From: Balanoglossus misakiensis
Taxonomy: Eukaryota > Animalia > Hemichordata
DNA length: 64,000 bases
Direction of reading: 5' to 3'
NCBI GenBank assembly: GCA_040954595.2
Contig: CM082585.2
Span: forward strand, 1,766,902 to 1,830,901
The notes beneath the pieces are model-generated. The model saw only the letters and a program-made list of their open reading frames with translations. It searched no databases and was not told the DNA's origin. The position numbers and the translations under genes are program-made. This document shows positions 42,900 through 55,285 of the stretch, piece after piece (positions within the stretch are counted from its first letter, which is position 1; every line of letters begins with the position of its first letter).

Positions 42900-45800
42900 A
42901 GACTCCGTAGATCGACGGATAGTTCTAAAATTTCCATGGTTGCTTCCAAACAAAGCATCGTTTGTTTACAAAATTCTGTTGTGATGCGCAGAACACATAG
43001 AGAGGCCTATGCGCATATGAACGTTTTCCACTAGACTCTGTATATCGACGGATAGTTCTAAAATTTCCATGGTTGCTTCCAAACACATCCTCGTTTGTTT
43101 ACAAAATTCTGTTGTGATGCGCATAATACATAGATAGGCCTATGCGCATAAGAACGTTTTCCACTAGACTCTGTAGATCGACGGATAGTTCTAAAATTTC
43201 CATGGTTGCTTCCAAACAGCCTCGTTTATTTACAGAATTCTGTTGTGAGACGCAGAACACATACATATGCCTATGCGCATAAGAAATTTTTCCACTAGAC
43301 TCCGTAGATCGACGGATAGTTGTAAAATTTACATGGTTGCGTCCAAATACAGCCTCGTTTATTTAGCGATTTCTGTTGTGATGCGCATAATACATAGATA
43401 GGCCTATGCGCATAAGAACGTTTTTCACTAGACTCTGTAGATCGACGGATAGTTCTAAAATTTCCATGGTTGCTTCCAAACACATCCTCGTTTGTTTACA
43501 AAATTCTGTTGTGATGCGCATAATACATAGATAGGCCTATGCGCATAAGAACGTTTTCCACTAGACTCTGTAGATCGACGGATAGTTCTAAAATTTCCAT
43601 GGTTGCTTCCAAACAGCCTCGTTTATTTACCGAATTCTCTTGTGAGGCGCAGAACACGTAATAGGCCTATGCGCATAAGAAACTTTTCCACCAGACTCGG
43701 TAGATCGACAGACAGTTGTAAAATTTCCATGGTTGTTTCCAAACAGCCTCGTTTATTTACCGAATTCTGTTGTGATGCGTAGAACACATACATATGCCTA
43801 TGCGCATAAGAAATTTTTCCACTAGACTCCGTAGATCGACGGATAGTTCTAAAATTTCCATGGTTGCTTCCAAACAAAGCATCGTTTGTATACAAAATTC
43901 TGTTGTGATGCGCAGAACAAATAGAGAGGCCTATGCGCATAAGAACGTTTTCCACTGGACTCTGTATATCGACGGATAGTTCTAAAATTTCCATGGTTGC
44001 TTCCAAGCACATCCTCGTTTGTTTACAAAATTATGTTGTGATGCGCATAATACATAGATAGGCCTATGCGCATAAGAACGTTTTCCAGTAGACTCTGTAG
44101 ATCGACGGATAGTTCTAAAATTTCCATGGTTGCTTCCAAACAGCCTCGTTTATTTACCGAATTCTGTTGTGATGCGTAGAATACATACATATGCCTATGC
44201 GCATAAGAAATTTTACCACTAGACTCCGTAGATCGACGGATAGTTCTAAAATTTCCATGGTTGCTTCCAAACAAAGCATCGTTTGTTTACAAAATTCTGT
44301 TGTGATGCGCAGAACACATAGATAGGCCTATGCGCATATGAACGTTTTCCACTATACTCTGTAGATCGACGGATAGTTCTAAAATTTCCATGGTTGCTTC
44401 CAAACAGCCTCGTTTATTTACAGAATTCTGTTGTGAGACGCAGAACACATACATATGCCTATGCGCATAAGAAATGTTTCCACTAGACTCCGTGGATCGA
44501 CGGATAGTTGTAAAATTTACATGGTTGCTTCCAAATACAGCCTCGTTTATTTAGCGATTTCTGTTGTGATGCGCATAATACATAGATAGGCCTATGCGCA
44601 TAAGAACGTTTTTCACTATACTCTGTAGATCGACGGATAGTTCTAAAATTTCCATGGTTGCTTCCAAACAGCCTCGTTTATTTACCGAATTCTGTTGTGA
44701 GGCGCAGAACACGTAATAGGCCTATGCGCAAAAGAAACTTTTCCACCAGACTCTGTAGATCGACGGATAGTTGTAAAATTTCCATGGTTGTTTCCAAACA
44801 GCCTCGTTTATTTACCGAATTCTGTTGTGATGCGTAGAACACATACATATGCCTTTGCGCATAAGAAATTTTTCCACTAGACTCCGTAGATCGACGGATA
44901 GTTCTAAAATTTCCATGGTTGCTTCCAAACAAAGCATCGTTTGTTTACAAAATTCTGTTGTGATGCGCAGAACACATAGATAGGCCTATGCGCATATGAA
45001 CGTTTTCCACTATACTCTGTAGATCGACGGATAGTTCTAAAATTTCCATGGTTGCTTCCAAACAGCCTCGTTTATTTACAGAATTCTGTTGTGAGACGCA
45101 GAACACATACATATGCCTATGCGCATAAGAAATGTTTCCACTAGACTCCGTAGATCGACGGATAGTTGTAAAATTTACATGGTTGCTTCCAAATACAGCC
45201 TCGTTTATTTAGCGATTTCTGTTGTGATGCGCATAATACATAGATAGGCCTATGCGCATAAGAACGTTTTTCACTATACTCTGTAGATCGACGGATAGTT
45301 CTAAAATTTCCATGGTTGCTTCCAAACAGCCTCGTTTATTTACCGAATTCTGTTGTGAGGCGCAGAACACGTAATAGGCCTATGCGCAAAAGAAACTTTT
45401 CCACCAGACTCCGTAGATCGACGGATAGTTCTAAAATTTCCATGGTTGCTTCCAAACAAAGCATCGTTTGTTTACAAAATTCTGTTGTGATGCGCAGAAC
45501 ACATAGAGAGGCCTATGCGCATATGAACGTTTTCCACTAGACTCTGTATATCGACGGATAGTTCTAAAATTTCCATGGTTGCTTCCAAACACATCCTCGT
45601 TTGTTTACAAAATTCTGTTGTGATGCGCATAATACATAGATAGGCCTATGCGCATAAGAACGTTTTCCACTAGACTCTGTAGATCGACGGATAGTTCTAA
45701 AATTTCCATGGTTGCTTCCAAACAGCCTCGTTTATTTACAGAATTCTGTTGTGAGACGCAGAACACATACATATGCCTATGCGCATAAGAAATTTTTCCA

Positions 45801-47910
45801 CTAGACTCCGTAGATCGACGGATAGTTGTAAAATTTACATGGTTGCTTCCAAATACAGCCTCGTTTATTTAGCGATTTCTGTTGTGATGCGCATAATACA
45901 TAGATAGGCCTATGCGCATAAGAACGTTTTTCACTAGACTCTGTAGATCGACGGATAGTTCTAAAATTTCCATGGTTGCTTCCAAACACATCCTCGTTTG
46001 TTTACAAAATTCTGTTGTGATGCGCATAATACATAGATAGGCCTATGCGCATAAGAACGTTTTCCACTAGACTCTGTAGATCGACGGATAGTTCTAAAAT
46101 TTCCATGGTTGCTTCCAAACAGCCTCGTTTATTTACCGAATTCTCTTGTGAGGCGCAGAACACGTAATAGGCCTATGCGCATAAGAAACTTTTCCACCAG
46201 ACTCGGTAGATCGACAGACAGTTGTAAAATTTCCATGGTTGTTTCCAAACAGCCTCGTTTATTTACCGAATTCTGTTGTGATGCGTAGAACACATACATA
46301 TGCCTATGCGCATAAGAAATTTTTCCACTAGACTCCGTAGATCGACGGATAGTTCTAAAATTTCCATGGTTGCTTCCAAACAAAGCATCGTTTGTATACA
46401 AAATTCTGTTGTGATGCGCAGAACAAATAGAGAGGCCTATGCGCATAAGAACGTTTTCCACTGGACTCTGTATATCGACGGATAGTTCTAAAATTTCCAT
46501 GGTTGCTTCCAAGCACATCCTCGTTTGTTTACAAAATTATGTTGTGATGCGCATAATACATAGATAGGCCTATGCGCATAAGAACGTTTTCCAGTAGACT
46601 CTGTAGATCGACGGATAGTTCTAAAATTTCCATGGTTGCTTCCAAACAGCCTCGTTTATTTACCGAATTCTGTTGTGATGCGTAGAATACATACATATGC
46701 CTATGCGCATAAGAAATTTTACCACTAGACTCCGTAGATCGACGGATAGTTCTAAAATTTCCATGGTTGCTTCCAAACAAAGCATCGTTTGTTTACAAAA
46801 TTCTGTTGTGATGCGCAGAACACATAGATAGGCCTATGCGCATATGAACGTTTTCCACTATACTCTGTAGATCGACGGATAGTTCTAAAATTTCCATGGT
46901 TGCTTCCAAACAGCCTCGTTTATTTACAGAATTCTGTTGTGAGACGCAGAACACATACATATGCCTATGCGCATAAGAAATGTTTCCACTAGACTCCGTA
47001 GATCGACGGATAGTTGTAAAATTTACATGGTTGCTTCCAAATACAGCCTCGTTTATTTAGCGATTTCTGTTGTGATGCGCATAATACATAGATAGGCCTA
47101 TGCGCATAAGAACGTTTTTCACTATACTCTGTAGATCGACGGATAGTTCTAAAATTTCCATGGTTGCTTCCAAACAGCCTCGTTTATTTACCGAATTCTG
47201 TTGTGAGGCGCAGAACACGTAATAGGCCTATGCGCAAAAGAAACTTTTCCACCAGACTCTGTAGATCGACGGATAGTTGTAAAATTTCCATGGTTGTTTC
47301 CAAACAGCCTCGTTTATTTACCGAATTCTGTTGTGATGCGTAGAACACATACATATGCCTTTGCGCATAAGAAATTTTTCCACTAGACTCCGTAGATCGA
47401 CGGATAGTTCTAAAATTTCCATGGTTGCTTCCAAACAAAGCATCGTTTGTTTACAAAATTCTGTTGTGATGCGCAGAACACATAGATAGGCCTATGCGCA
47501 TATGAACGTTTTCCACTATACTCTGTAGATCGACGGATAGTTCTAAAATTTCCATGGTTGCTTCCAAACAGCCTCGTTTATTTACAGAATTCTGTTGTGA
47601 GACGCAGAACACATACATATGCCTATGCGCATAAGAAATGTTTCCACTAGACTCCGTAGATCGACGGATAGTTGTAAAATTTACATGGTTGCTTCCAAAT
47701 ACAGCCTCGTTTATTTAGCGATTTCTGTTGTGATGCGCATAATACATAGATAGGCCTATGCGCATAAGAACGTTTTTCACTATACTCTGTAGATCGACGG
47801 ATAGTTCTAAAATTTCCATGGTTGCTTCCAAACAGCCTCGTTTATTTACCGAATTCTGTTGTGAGGCGCAGAACACGTAATAGGCCTATGCGCAAAAGAA
47901 ACTTTTCCAC
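42900..47910. repeat. Block duplication within satellite, period 2506 bp (~19 monomers), 2 copies
   Basis: ORF offsets of 2506 (43295/45801, 43623/46129, 44023/46529, 44678/47184, 45316/47822); private variants ACTCGGTAG, CCACTGGAC and CCAAGCAC in both copies. Confidence 0.9.
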
Positions 47911-50399
47911 CAGACTCTGTAGATCGACGGATAGTTATAAAATTTCCATGGTTGCTTCCAAACAAAGCATCGTTTGTTTACAAAATTCCGTTGTGATGCG
48001 CAGATCTCATAGAGAGGCCTATGCGCATAAGAAAGTTTTCCACTAGACTCTGTATATCGACGGATAGTTCTAAAATTTCCATGGTTGCTTCCAAACACAT
48101 CCTCGTTTGTTTACAAAATTATGTTGTGATGCGCATAATACATAGATAGGCCTATGCGCATAAGAACGTTTTCCAGTAGACTCTGTAGATCGACGGATAG
48201 TTCTAAAATTTCCATGGTTGCTTCCAAACAGCCTCGTTTATTTACCGAATTCTGTTGTGATGCGTAGAATACATACATATGCCTATGCGCATAAGAAATT
48301 TTACCACTAGACTCCGTAGATCGACGGATAGTTCTAAAATTTCCATGGTTGCTTCCAAACAAAGCATCGTTTGTTTACAAAATTCTGTTGTGATGCGCAG
48401 AACACATAGATAGGCCTATGCGCATATGAACGTTTTCCACTATACTCTGTAGATCGACGGATAGTTCTAAAATTTCCATGGTTGCTTCCAAACAGCCTCG
48501 TTTATTTACAGAATTCTGTTGTGAGACGCAGAACACATACATATGCCTATGCGCATAAGAAATTTTTCCACTAGACTCCGTAGATCGACGGATAGTTGTA
48601 AAATTTACATGGTTGCTTCCAAATACAGCCTCGTTTATTTAGCGATTTCTGTTGTGATGCGCATAATACATAGATAGGCCTATGCGCATAAGAACGTTTT
48701 TCACTATACTCTGTAGATCGACGGATAGTTCTAAAATTTCCATGGTTGCTTCCAAACAGCCTCGTTTATTTACCGAATTCTGTTGTGAGGCGCAGAACAC
48801 GTAATAGGCCTATGCGCATAAGAGACTTTTCCACCAGACTCTGTAGATCGACGGATAGTTGTAAAATTTCCATGGTTGTTTCCAAACAGCCTCGTTTATT
48901 TACCGAATTCTGTTGTGATGCGTAGAACACATACATATGCCTATGCGCATAAGAAATTTTTCCACTAGACTCCGTAGATCGACGGATAGTTCTAAAATTT
49001 CCATGGTTGCTTCCAAACAAAGCATCGTTTGTTTACAAAATTCTGTTGTGATGCGCAGAACATATAGAGAGGCCTATGCGCATATGAACGTTTTCCACTA
49101 GACTCTGTATATCGACGGATAGTTCTAAAATTTCCATGGTTGCTTCCAAACACATCCTCGTTTGTTTACAAAATTCTGTTGTGATGCGCATAATACATAG
49201 ATAGTCCTATGCGCATAAGAACGTTTTCCACTAGACTCTGTAGATCGACGGATAGTTCTAAAATTTCCATGGTTGCTTCCAAACAGCCTCGTTTATTTAC
49301 CGAATTCTCTTGTGAGGCGCAGAACACGTAATAGGCCTATGCGCATAAGAAACTTTTCCACCAGACTCTGTAGATCGACAGACAGTTGTAAAATTTCCAT
49401 GGTTGTTTCCAAACAGCCTCGTTTATATACCGAATTCTGTTGTGATGCGTAGAACACATACATATGCCTATGCGCATAAGAAATTTTTCCACTAGACTCC
49501 GTAGATCGACGGATAGTTCTAAAATTTCCATGGTTGCTTCCAAACAAAGCATCGTTTGTATACAAAATTCTGTTGTGATGCGCAGAACAAATAGAGAGGC
49601 CTATGCGCATAAGAACGTTTTCCACTAGACTCTGTAGATCGACGGATAGTTCTAAAATTTCCATGGTTGCTTCCAAACACATCCTCGTTTGTTTACAAAA
49701 TTCTGTTGTGATGCGCAGAACACATAGATAGGCCTATGCGCATCGGAAAGTTTTCCACTAGACTCCGTAGATGGACGGATAGTTCTAAAATTTCCATGGT
49801 TGCTTCCAAACACATCCTCGTTTGTTTACAAAAATCTGTTGTGATGCGCAGAACACATAGATAGGCCTATGTGCATATGAACGTTTTCCACTATACTCCG
49901 TAGATCGACGGATAGTTCTAAAATTTCCATGGTTGCTTCCAAACAGCCTCGTTTATTTACCGAATTCTGTTGTGAGACGCAGAACACATACATATGCCTA
50001 TGCGCATAAGAAATTTTTCCACTAGACTCCGTAGATCGACGTATAGTTGTAAAATTTACTTTGTTGCTTCCAAATACAGCCTCGTTTATTTAGATAGGCC
50101 TATGCGCATAAGAACGTTTTCCACTAGACTCTGTAGATCGACGGATAGTTCTAAAATTTCCATGGTTGCTTCCAAACAGCCTCGTTTATTTACCGAATTC
50201 TGTTGTGAGGCGCAGAACACGTAATAGGCCTATGCGCATCAGAAACTTTTCCACCAGACTCTGTAGATCGACGGATAGTTGTAAAATTTCCATGGTTGTT
50301 TCCAAACAGCCTCGTTTATTTACCGAATTCTGTTGTGATGCGTAGAACACATACATATGCCTATGCGCATAAGAAATTTTTCCACTAGACTCCGTAGAT

Positions 50400-52990
50400 C
50401 GACGGATAGTTCTAAAATTTCCATGGTTGCTTCCAAACAAAGCATCGTTTGTTTACAAAATTCTGTTGTGATGCGCAGAACACATAGAGAGGCCTATGCG
50501 CATAAGAACGTTTTCCACTAGACTCTGTATATCGACGGATAGTTCTAAAATTTCCATGGTTGCTTCCAAACACATCCTCGTTTGTTTACAAAATTCTGTT
50601 GTGATGCGCATAATACATAGATAGGCCTATGCGCATAAGAACGTTTTCCACTAGACTCTGTAGATCGACGGATAGTTCTAAAATTTCCATGGTTGCTTCC
50701 AAACAGCCTCGTTTATTTACCGAATTCTGTTGTGAGGCGCAGAACACGTAATAGGCCTATGCGCATAAGAAACTTTTCCACCAGACTCTGTAGATCGACG
50801 GACAGTTGTAAAATTTCCATGGTTGTTTCCAAACAGCCTCGTTTATTTACCGAATTATGTTGTGATGCGTAGAACACATACATATGCCTATGCGCATAAG
50901 AAATTTTTCCACTAGACTCCGTAGATCGACGGATAGTTCTAAAATTTCCATGGTTGCTTCCAAACAAAGCATCGTTTGTTTACAAAATTCTGTTGTGATG
51001 CGCAGAACACATAGAGAGGCCTATGCGCATAAGAACGTTTTCCACTAGACTCTGTATATCGACGGATAGTTCTAAAATTTCCATGGTTGCTTCCAAACAC
51101 ATCCTCGTTTGTTTACAAAATTCTGTTGTGATGCGCAGAACACATAGATAGGCCTATGCGCATTGGAAATGTTTCCACTAGACTCCGTAGATCGACGGAT
51201 AGTTCTAAAATTTCCATGGTTGCTTCCAAACACATCCTCGTTTGTTTACAAAATTCTGTTGTGATGCGCAGAACACATAGATAGGCCTATGCGCATTGGA
51301 AAGTTTTCCACTAGACTCCGTAGATCGACGGATAGTTCTAAAATTTCCATGGTTGCTTCCAAACAGCCTCGTTTATTTACCGAATTCTGTTGTGAGGCGC
51401 AGAACACGTAATAGGCCTATGCGCATAAGAAACTTTTCCACCAGACTCTGTAGATCGACGGACAGTTGTAAAATGTCCATGGTTGTTTCCAAACAGCCTC
51501 GTTTATTTACAGAATTATGTTGTGATGCGTTGAACACATACATATGCCTATGCGCATAAGAAATTTTTCCACTAGACTCCGTAGATCGACGGATAGTTCT
51601 AAAATGTCCATGGTTGCTTCCAAACAAAGCATCGTTTGTTTACAAAATTCTGTTGTGATGCGCAGAACACATAGAGAGGCCTATGCGCATAAGAACGTTT
51701 TCCACTAGACTCTGTATATCGACGGATAGTTCTAAAATTTCCATGGTTGCTTCCAAACACATCCTCGTTTGTTTACAAAATTCTGTTGTGATGCGCATAA
51801 TACATAGATAGGCCTATGCGCATAAGAACGTTTTCCACTAGACTCTGTAGATCGACGGATAGATCTAAAATTTCCATGGTTGCTTCCAAACAGCCTCGTT
51901 TATTTACCGAATTCTGTTGTGAGGCGCAGAACACGTAATAGGCCTATGCGCATAAGAAACTTTTCCACCAGACTCTGTAGATCGACGGACAGTTGTAAAA
52001 TTTCCATGGTTGTTTCCAAACAGCCTCGTTTATTTACCGAATTATGTTGTGATGCGTAGAACACATACATATGCCTATGCGCATAAGAAATTTTTCCACT
52101 AGACTCCGTAGATCGACGGATAGTTCTAAAATTTCCATGGTTGCTTCCAAACAAAGCATCGTTTGTTTACAAAATTCTGTTGTGATGCGCAGAACACATA
52201 GAGAGGCCTATGCGCATAAGAACGTTTTCCACTAGACTCTGTATATCGACGGATAGTTCTAAAATTTCCATGGTTGCTTCCAAACACATCCTCGTTTGTT
52301 TACAAAATTCTGTTGTGATGCGCAGAACACATAGATAGGCCTATGCGCATTGGAAATGTTTCCACTAGACTCCGTAGATCGACGGATAGTTCTAAAATTT
52401 CCATGGTTGCTTCCAAACACATCCTCGTTTGTTTACAAAATTCTGTTGTGATGCGCAGAACACATAGATAGGCCTATGCGCATTGGAAAGTTTTCCACTA
52501 GACTCCGTAGATCGACGGATAGTTCTAAAATTTCCATGGTTGCTTCCAAACAGCCTCGTTTATTTACCGAATTCTGTTGTGAGGCGCAGAACACGTAATA
52601 GGCCTATGCGCATAAGAAACTTTTCCACCAGACTCTGTAGATCGACGGACAGTTGTAAAATGTCCATGGTTGTTTCCAAACAGCCTCGTTTATTTACAGA
52701 ATTATGTTGTGATGCGTAGAACACATACATATGCCTATGCGCATAAGAAATTTTTCCACTAGACTCCGTAGATCGACGGATAGTTCTAAAATTTCCATGG
52801 TTGCTTCCAAACAAAGCATCGTGTGTTTACAAAATTCTGTTGTGATGCGCAGAACACATAGAGAGGCCTATGCGCATAAGAACGTTTTCCACTAGACTCT
52901 GTATATCGACGGATAGTTCTAAAATTTCCATGGTTGCTTCCAAACACATCCTCGTTTGTTTACAAAATTCTGTTGTGATGCGCAGAACAC
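50400..52990. repeat. Higher-order repeat, period 1187 bp (9 monomers = 660 bp 5-mer + 527 bp 4-mer), ~2 copies
   Basis: ORF offsets 50713/51900, 51296/52483, 51373/52560 = 1187; 50713/51373 = 660; 51373/51900 = 527; private variant GCATTGGAAATG at ~51160 and ~52347. Confidence 0.85.
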
Positions 52991-53884
52991 ATAGATAGGC
53001 CTATGCGCATTGGAAAGTTTTCCACTAGACTCCGTAGATCGACGGATAGTTCTAAAATTTCCATGGTTGCTTCCAAACACATCCTCGTTTGTTTACAAAA
53101 ATCTGTTGTGATGCGCAGAACACATAGATAGGCCTATGCGCATATGAACGTTTTCCACTAGACTCTGTATATCGACGGATAGTTCTAAAATTTCCATGGT
53201 TGCTTCCAAACACATCCTCGTTTGTTTACAAAATTCTGTTGTGATGCGCAGAACACATAGATAGGCCTATGCGCATTGGAAAGTTTTCCACTAGACTCCG
53301 TAGATCGACGGATAGTTCTAAAATTTCCATGGTTGCTTCCAAACACATCCTCGTTTGTTTACAAAAATCTTTTGTGATGCGCAGAACACATTGATAGGCC
53401 TATGCGCATATGAACGTTTTCCACTATACTCTGTAGATCGACGGATAGTTCTAAAATTTCCGTGGTTGCTTCCAGTCTAATTAATTCAGATAAAAAGAAT
53501 TGACACATTATGATGTAAATATTTATAAAAGTAGTAATAATGTAAGAGATAACCATAATTCAAAATTCATTAAATTCTAATGTAATTTTAAAGTTTTGTT
53601 TTAAATTTTTCATGAAAAAAATAAGCATATCAAGTGACATGTTTAATAGTGAAAAAAACCTGAATGTCACAAAATCAACAATCATCTAAAGAAATTAACA
53701 CTGATTCCTCTTTTCCATCACACTGTATCAAAAACTCCTACCAAAAGTACAGTATTATTTAAACCACAAATAAGAAAAATCTCCTTATTATGACTTGTCA
53801 GATTATTAGGTGACAGACAGGAGTTGGCAGATGCTGGAGGCCGGGAGAAAATCATCCTATCTTATCTGCTCCAGATCGCTTTGA

Positions 53885-54313
53885 ATATTCTCCTAATCCT
53901 GATGTACATGTATCAGATCAATCTTGTATGTTACTAATTGAACAATTTGTTCTTCGGTATAACAGAACCAGTTGAATACTCAAAGTCATGCAAAGGGTAA
54001 GACAATATCTCTTCTCCAGAAAGTCAAGGGTTCTTGAGAATATTCCTTCTACACAGGCAGCTCTAAAAGAACATGTGCTATGAGAAACCTAGCAAAGCTA
54101 TATCAAACCAACAGAATCCCATTGGAAATCAAGTTGGAAAACTCTTAGTCAAGCCCAAGAAAAGAGTCAACCTCAGGAAATCAGTTGTAAAAAGTAATGC
54201 ACATGTTCCTGTAGGTGCTTTAGGTCTAGTCTGACAGCAGTGCTCTTTGTTACTGTAAAGGAGAATGTCATCAAGATTGATCTGATACATGTACATCACA
54301 ATTAGGATAATAT
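53885..54313. mobile_element. Putative MITE/foldback-like element bounded by 42-bp inverted repeats
   Basis: 53885-53926 ATATTCTCCTAATCCTGATGTACATGTATCAGATCAATCTTG matches the reverse complement of 54272-54313 at 39/42 positions; non-coding interior; no clear TSD seen. Confidence 0.55.
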
Positions 54314-54432
54314 ACAGAGGAATGTATGGAAGCAAGTATGTTTTACAACCCATATTCCTGTTTCTGAGTGTTACAATTGACCAAAAAGTGCCAATAATGG
54401 GAGAGAAGTGTGAATGTCAGTTTCTGGCCGCT

Positions 54433-54637
54433 ATTTTGGGATCCATATTGGAAAATGTCCGCCATGGGTCAATGAATAATTGTACCAAATTTCATGCTTT
54501 TAACCCAAAGTGCACGATTTTAAAGTTTGATATCTGTTTCTGGTCACTAGAGGGCTGTGTCATTTTAGATCCATATCAGAAAATGGCCGCCATAAGTGTA
54601 CCAAGTTTCATGCTTTTAACCCAAATTGCACGATTTT
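54433..54637. repeat. Two-copy imperfect direct repeat (~116-130 bp spacing)
   Basis: TGTACCAARTTTCATGCTTTTAACCCAAAKTGCACGATTTT at 54481 and 54597, each preceded by GATCCATAT..GAAAATGKCCGCCAT. Confidence 0.8.
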
Positions 54638-55285
54638 TGGGTTAACTGCCCCACTACAAGGAGAAGTGCAGACTGAAATGCAGTGATTGTCAATGTTGTA
54701 AATGTATGTGTTGTTGTTGTTTGTTAAAATGTCAGGTTTTTGTAGAATTGATGTTTAACAACTTAGCTACTTTGCATGTCAAGCAAGGAGTACACTCAGT
54801 CATGTGTAGTATGGTAGTTTAAGCTTAGCTTCATTGAGATGTCATGTCTGGAGAACATTCACTGAGTTTGAATATTTGCTTGTAGTTTTTAGTCATCCAA
54901 GAACTTAGTCTGAGGTTGCCAACCTGTCTATCAGATGTGAAGTTAATACCTTAAATAATTACAATGACATTGTTCATTTCTCCTGTATATGTAAAAATCA
55001 CATGTAATTTATTCAAAAGCTGACTACAAATCACATAGCACAATGCTCATTCAAAACAAGATATAATTTTTAAGTTTTAAGTTATAAGGTTTATTTAGTA
55101 GAGCATGTTTTGTACATTACATTATATTTCCAGTTTTGATTGGAAAAACTGCATGAAAATACGTGTTCACCGAGTTGCAATGACAGTATTACAGTACATC
55201 CATATCATTCCTAATTTTATGTGAGAAAACACTGTTGTTGGTATAAGTCAGAAACTGACATGAAACTGAATACATATAACTCTTC

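Larger units (their letters stand above)
1..53474. repeat. Satellite DNA array, ~131 bp monomer (mostly 130-135 bp), ~400 head-to-tail copies, single orientation; runs off the left edge of the window
   Basis: Unit approx. GTTTTCCACTAGACTCTGTAGATCGACGGATAGTTCTAAAATTTCCATGGTTGCTTCCAAACAGCCTCGTTTATTTACCGAATTCTGTTGTGAGGCGCAGAACACATAGATAGGCCTATGCGCATAAGAAC recurs continuously; near-identical spurious ORFs are spaced 130 bp apart (188/318, 2295/2425); last matching bases GGTTGCTTCCA end at 53474. Confidence 0.99.
36900..53474. repeat. Right satellite subdomain (monomer variant set 2)
   Basis: Variants AAACAAAGCATCG, ATAGAGAGGCC and CTGTATATCGAC first appear near 37.1-37.3 kb and, with GCGTAGAACACATACATATGCC and GCATAATAC, dominate to the array end. 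Confidence 0.8.

Noticed and set aside
1-53474. CRISPR-like array or diversity cassette system
   Set aside because: No unique spacers; the whole unit is repeated with point variants; no cas-like or recombinase gene is linked other than a dead retrotransposon YR; eukaryotic TE context.
188-53556. More than 100 short ORFs (MLPNSLVYLP..., MFGSNHGNFR...)
   Set aside because: Translations of the satellite; monomer lengths are mostly not multiples of 3, frames break every 1-3 units, many use non-ATG starts, and no domain is recognisable.
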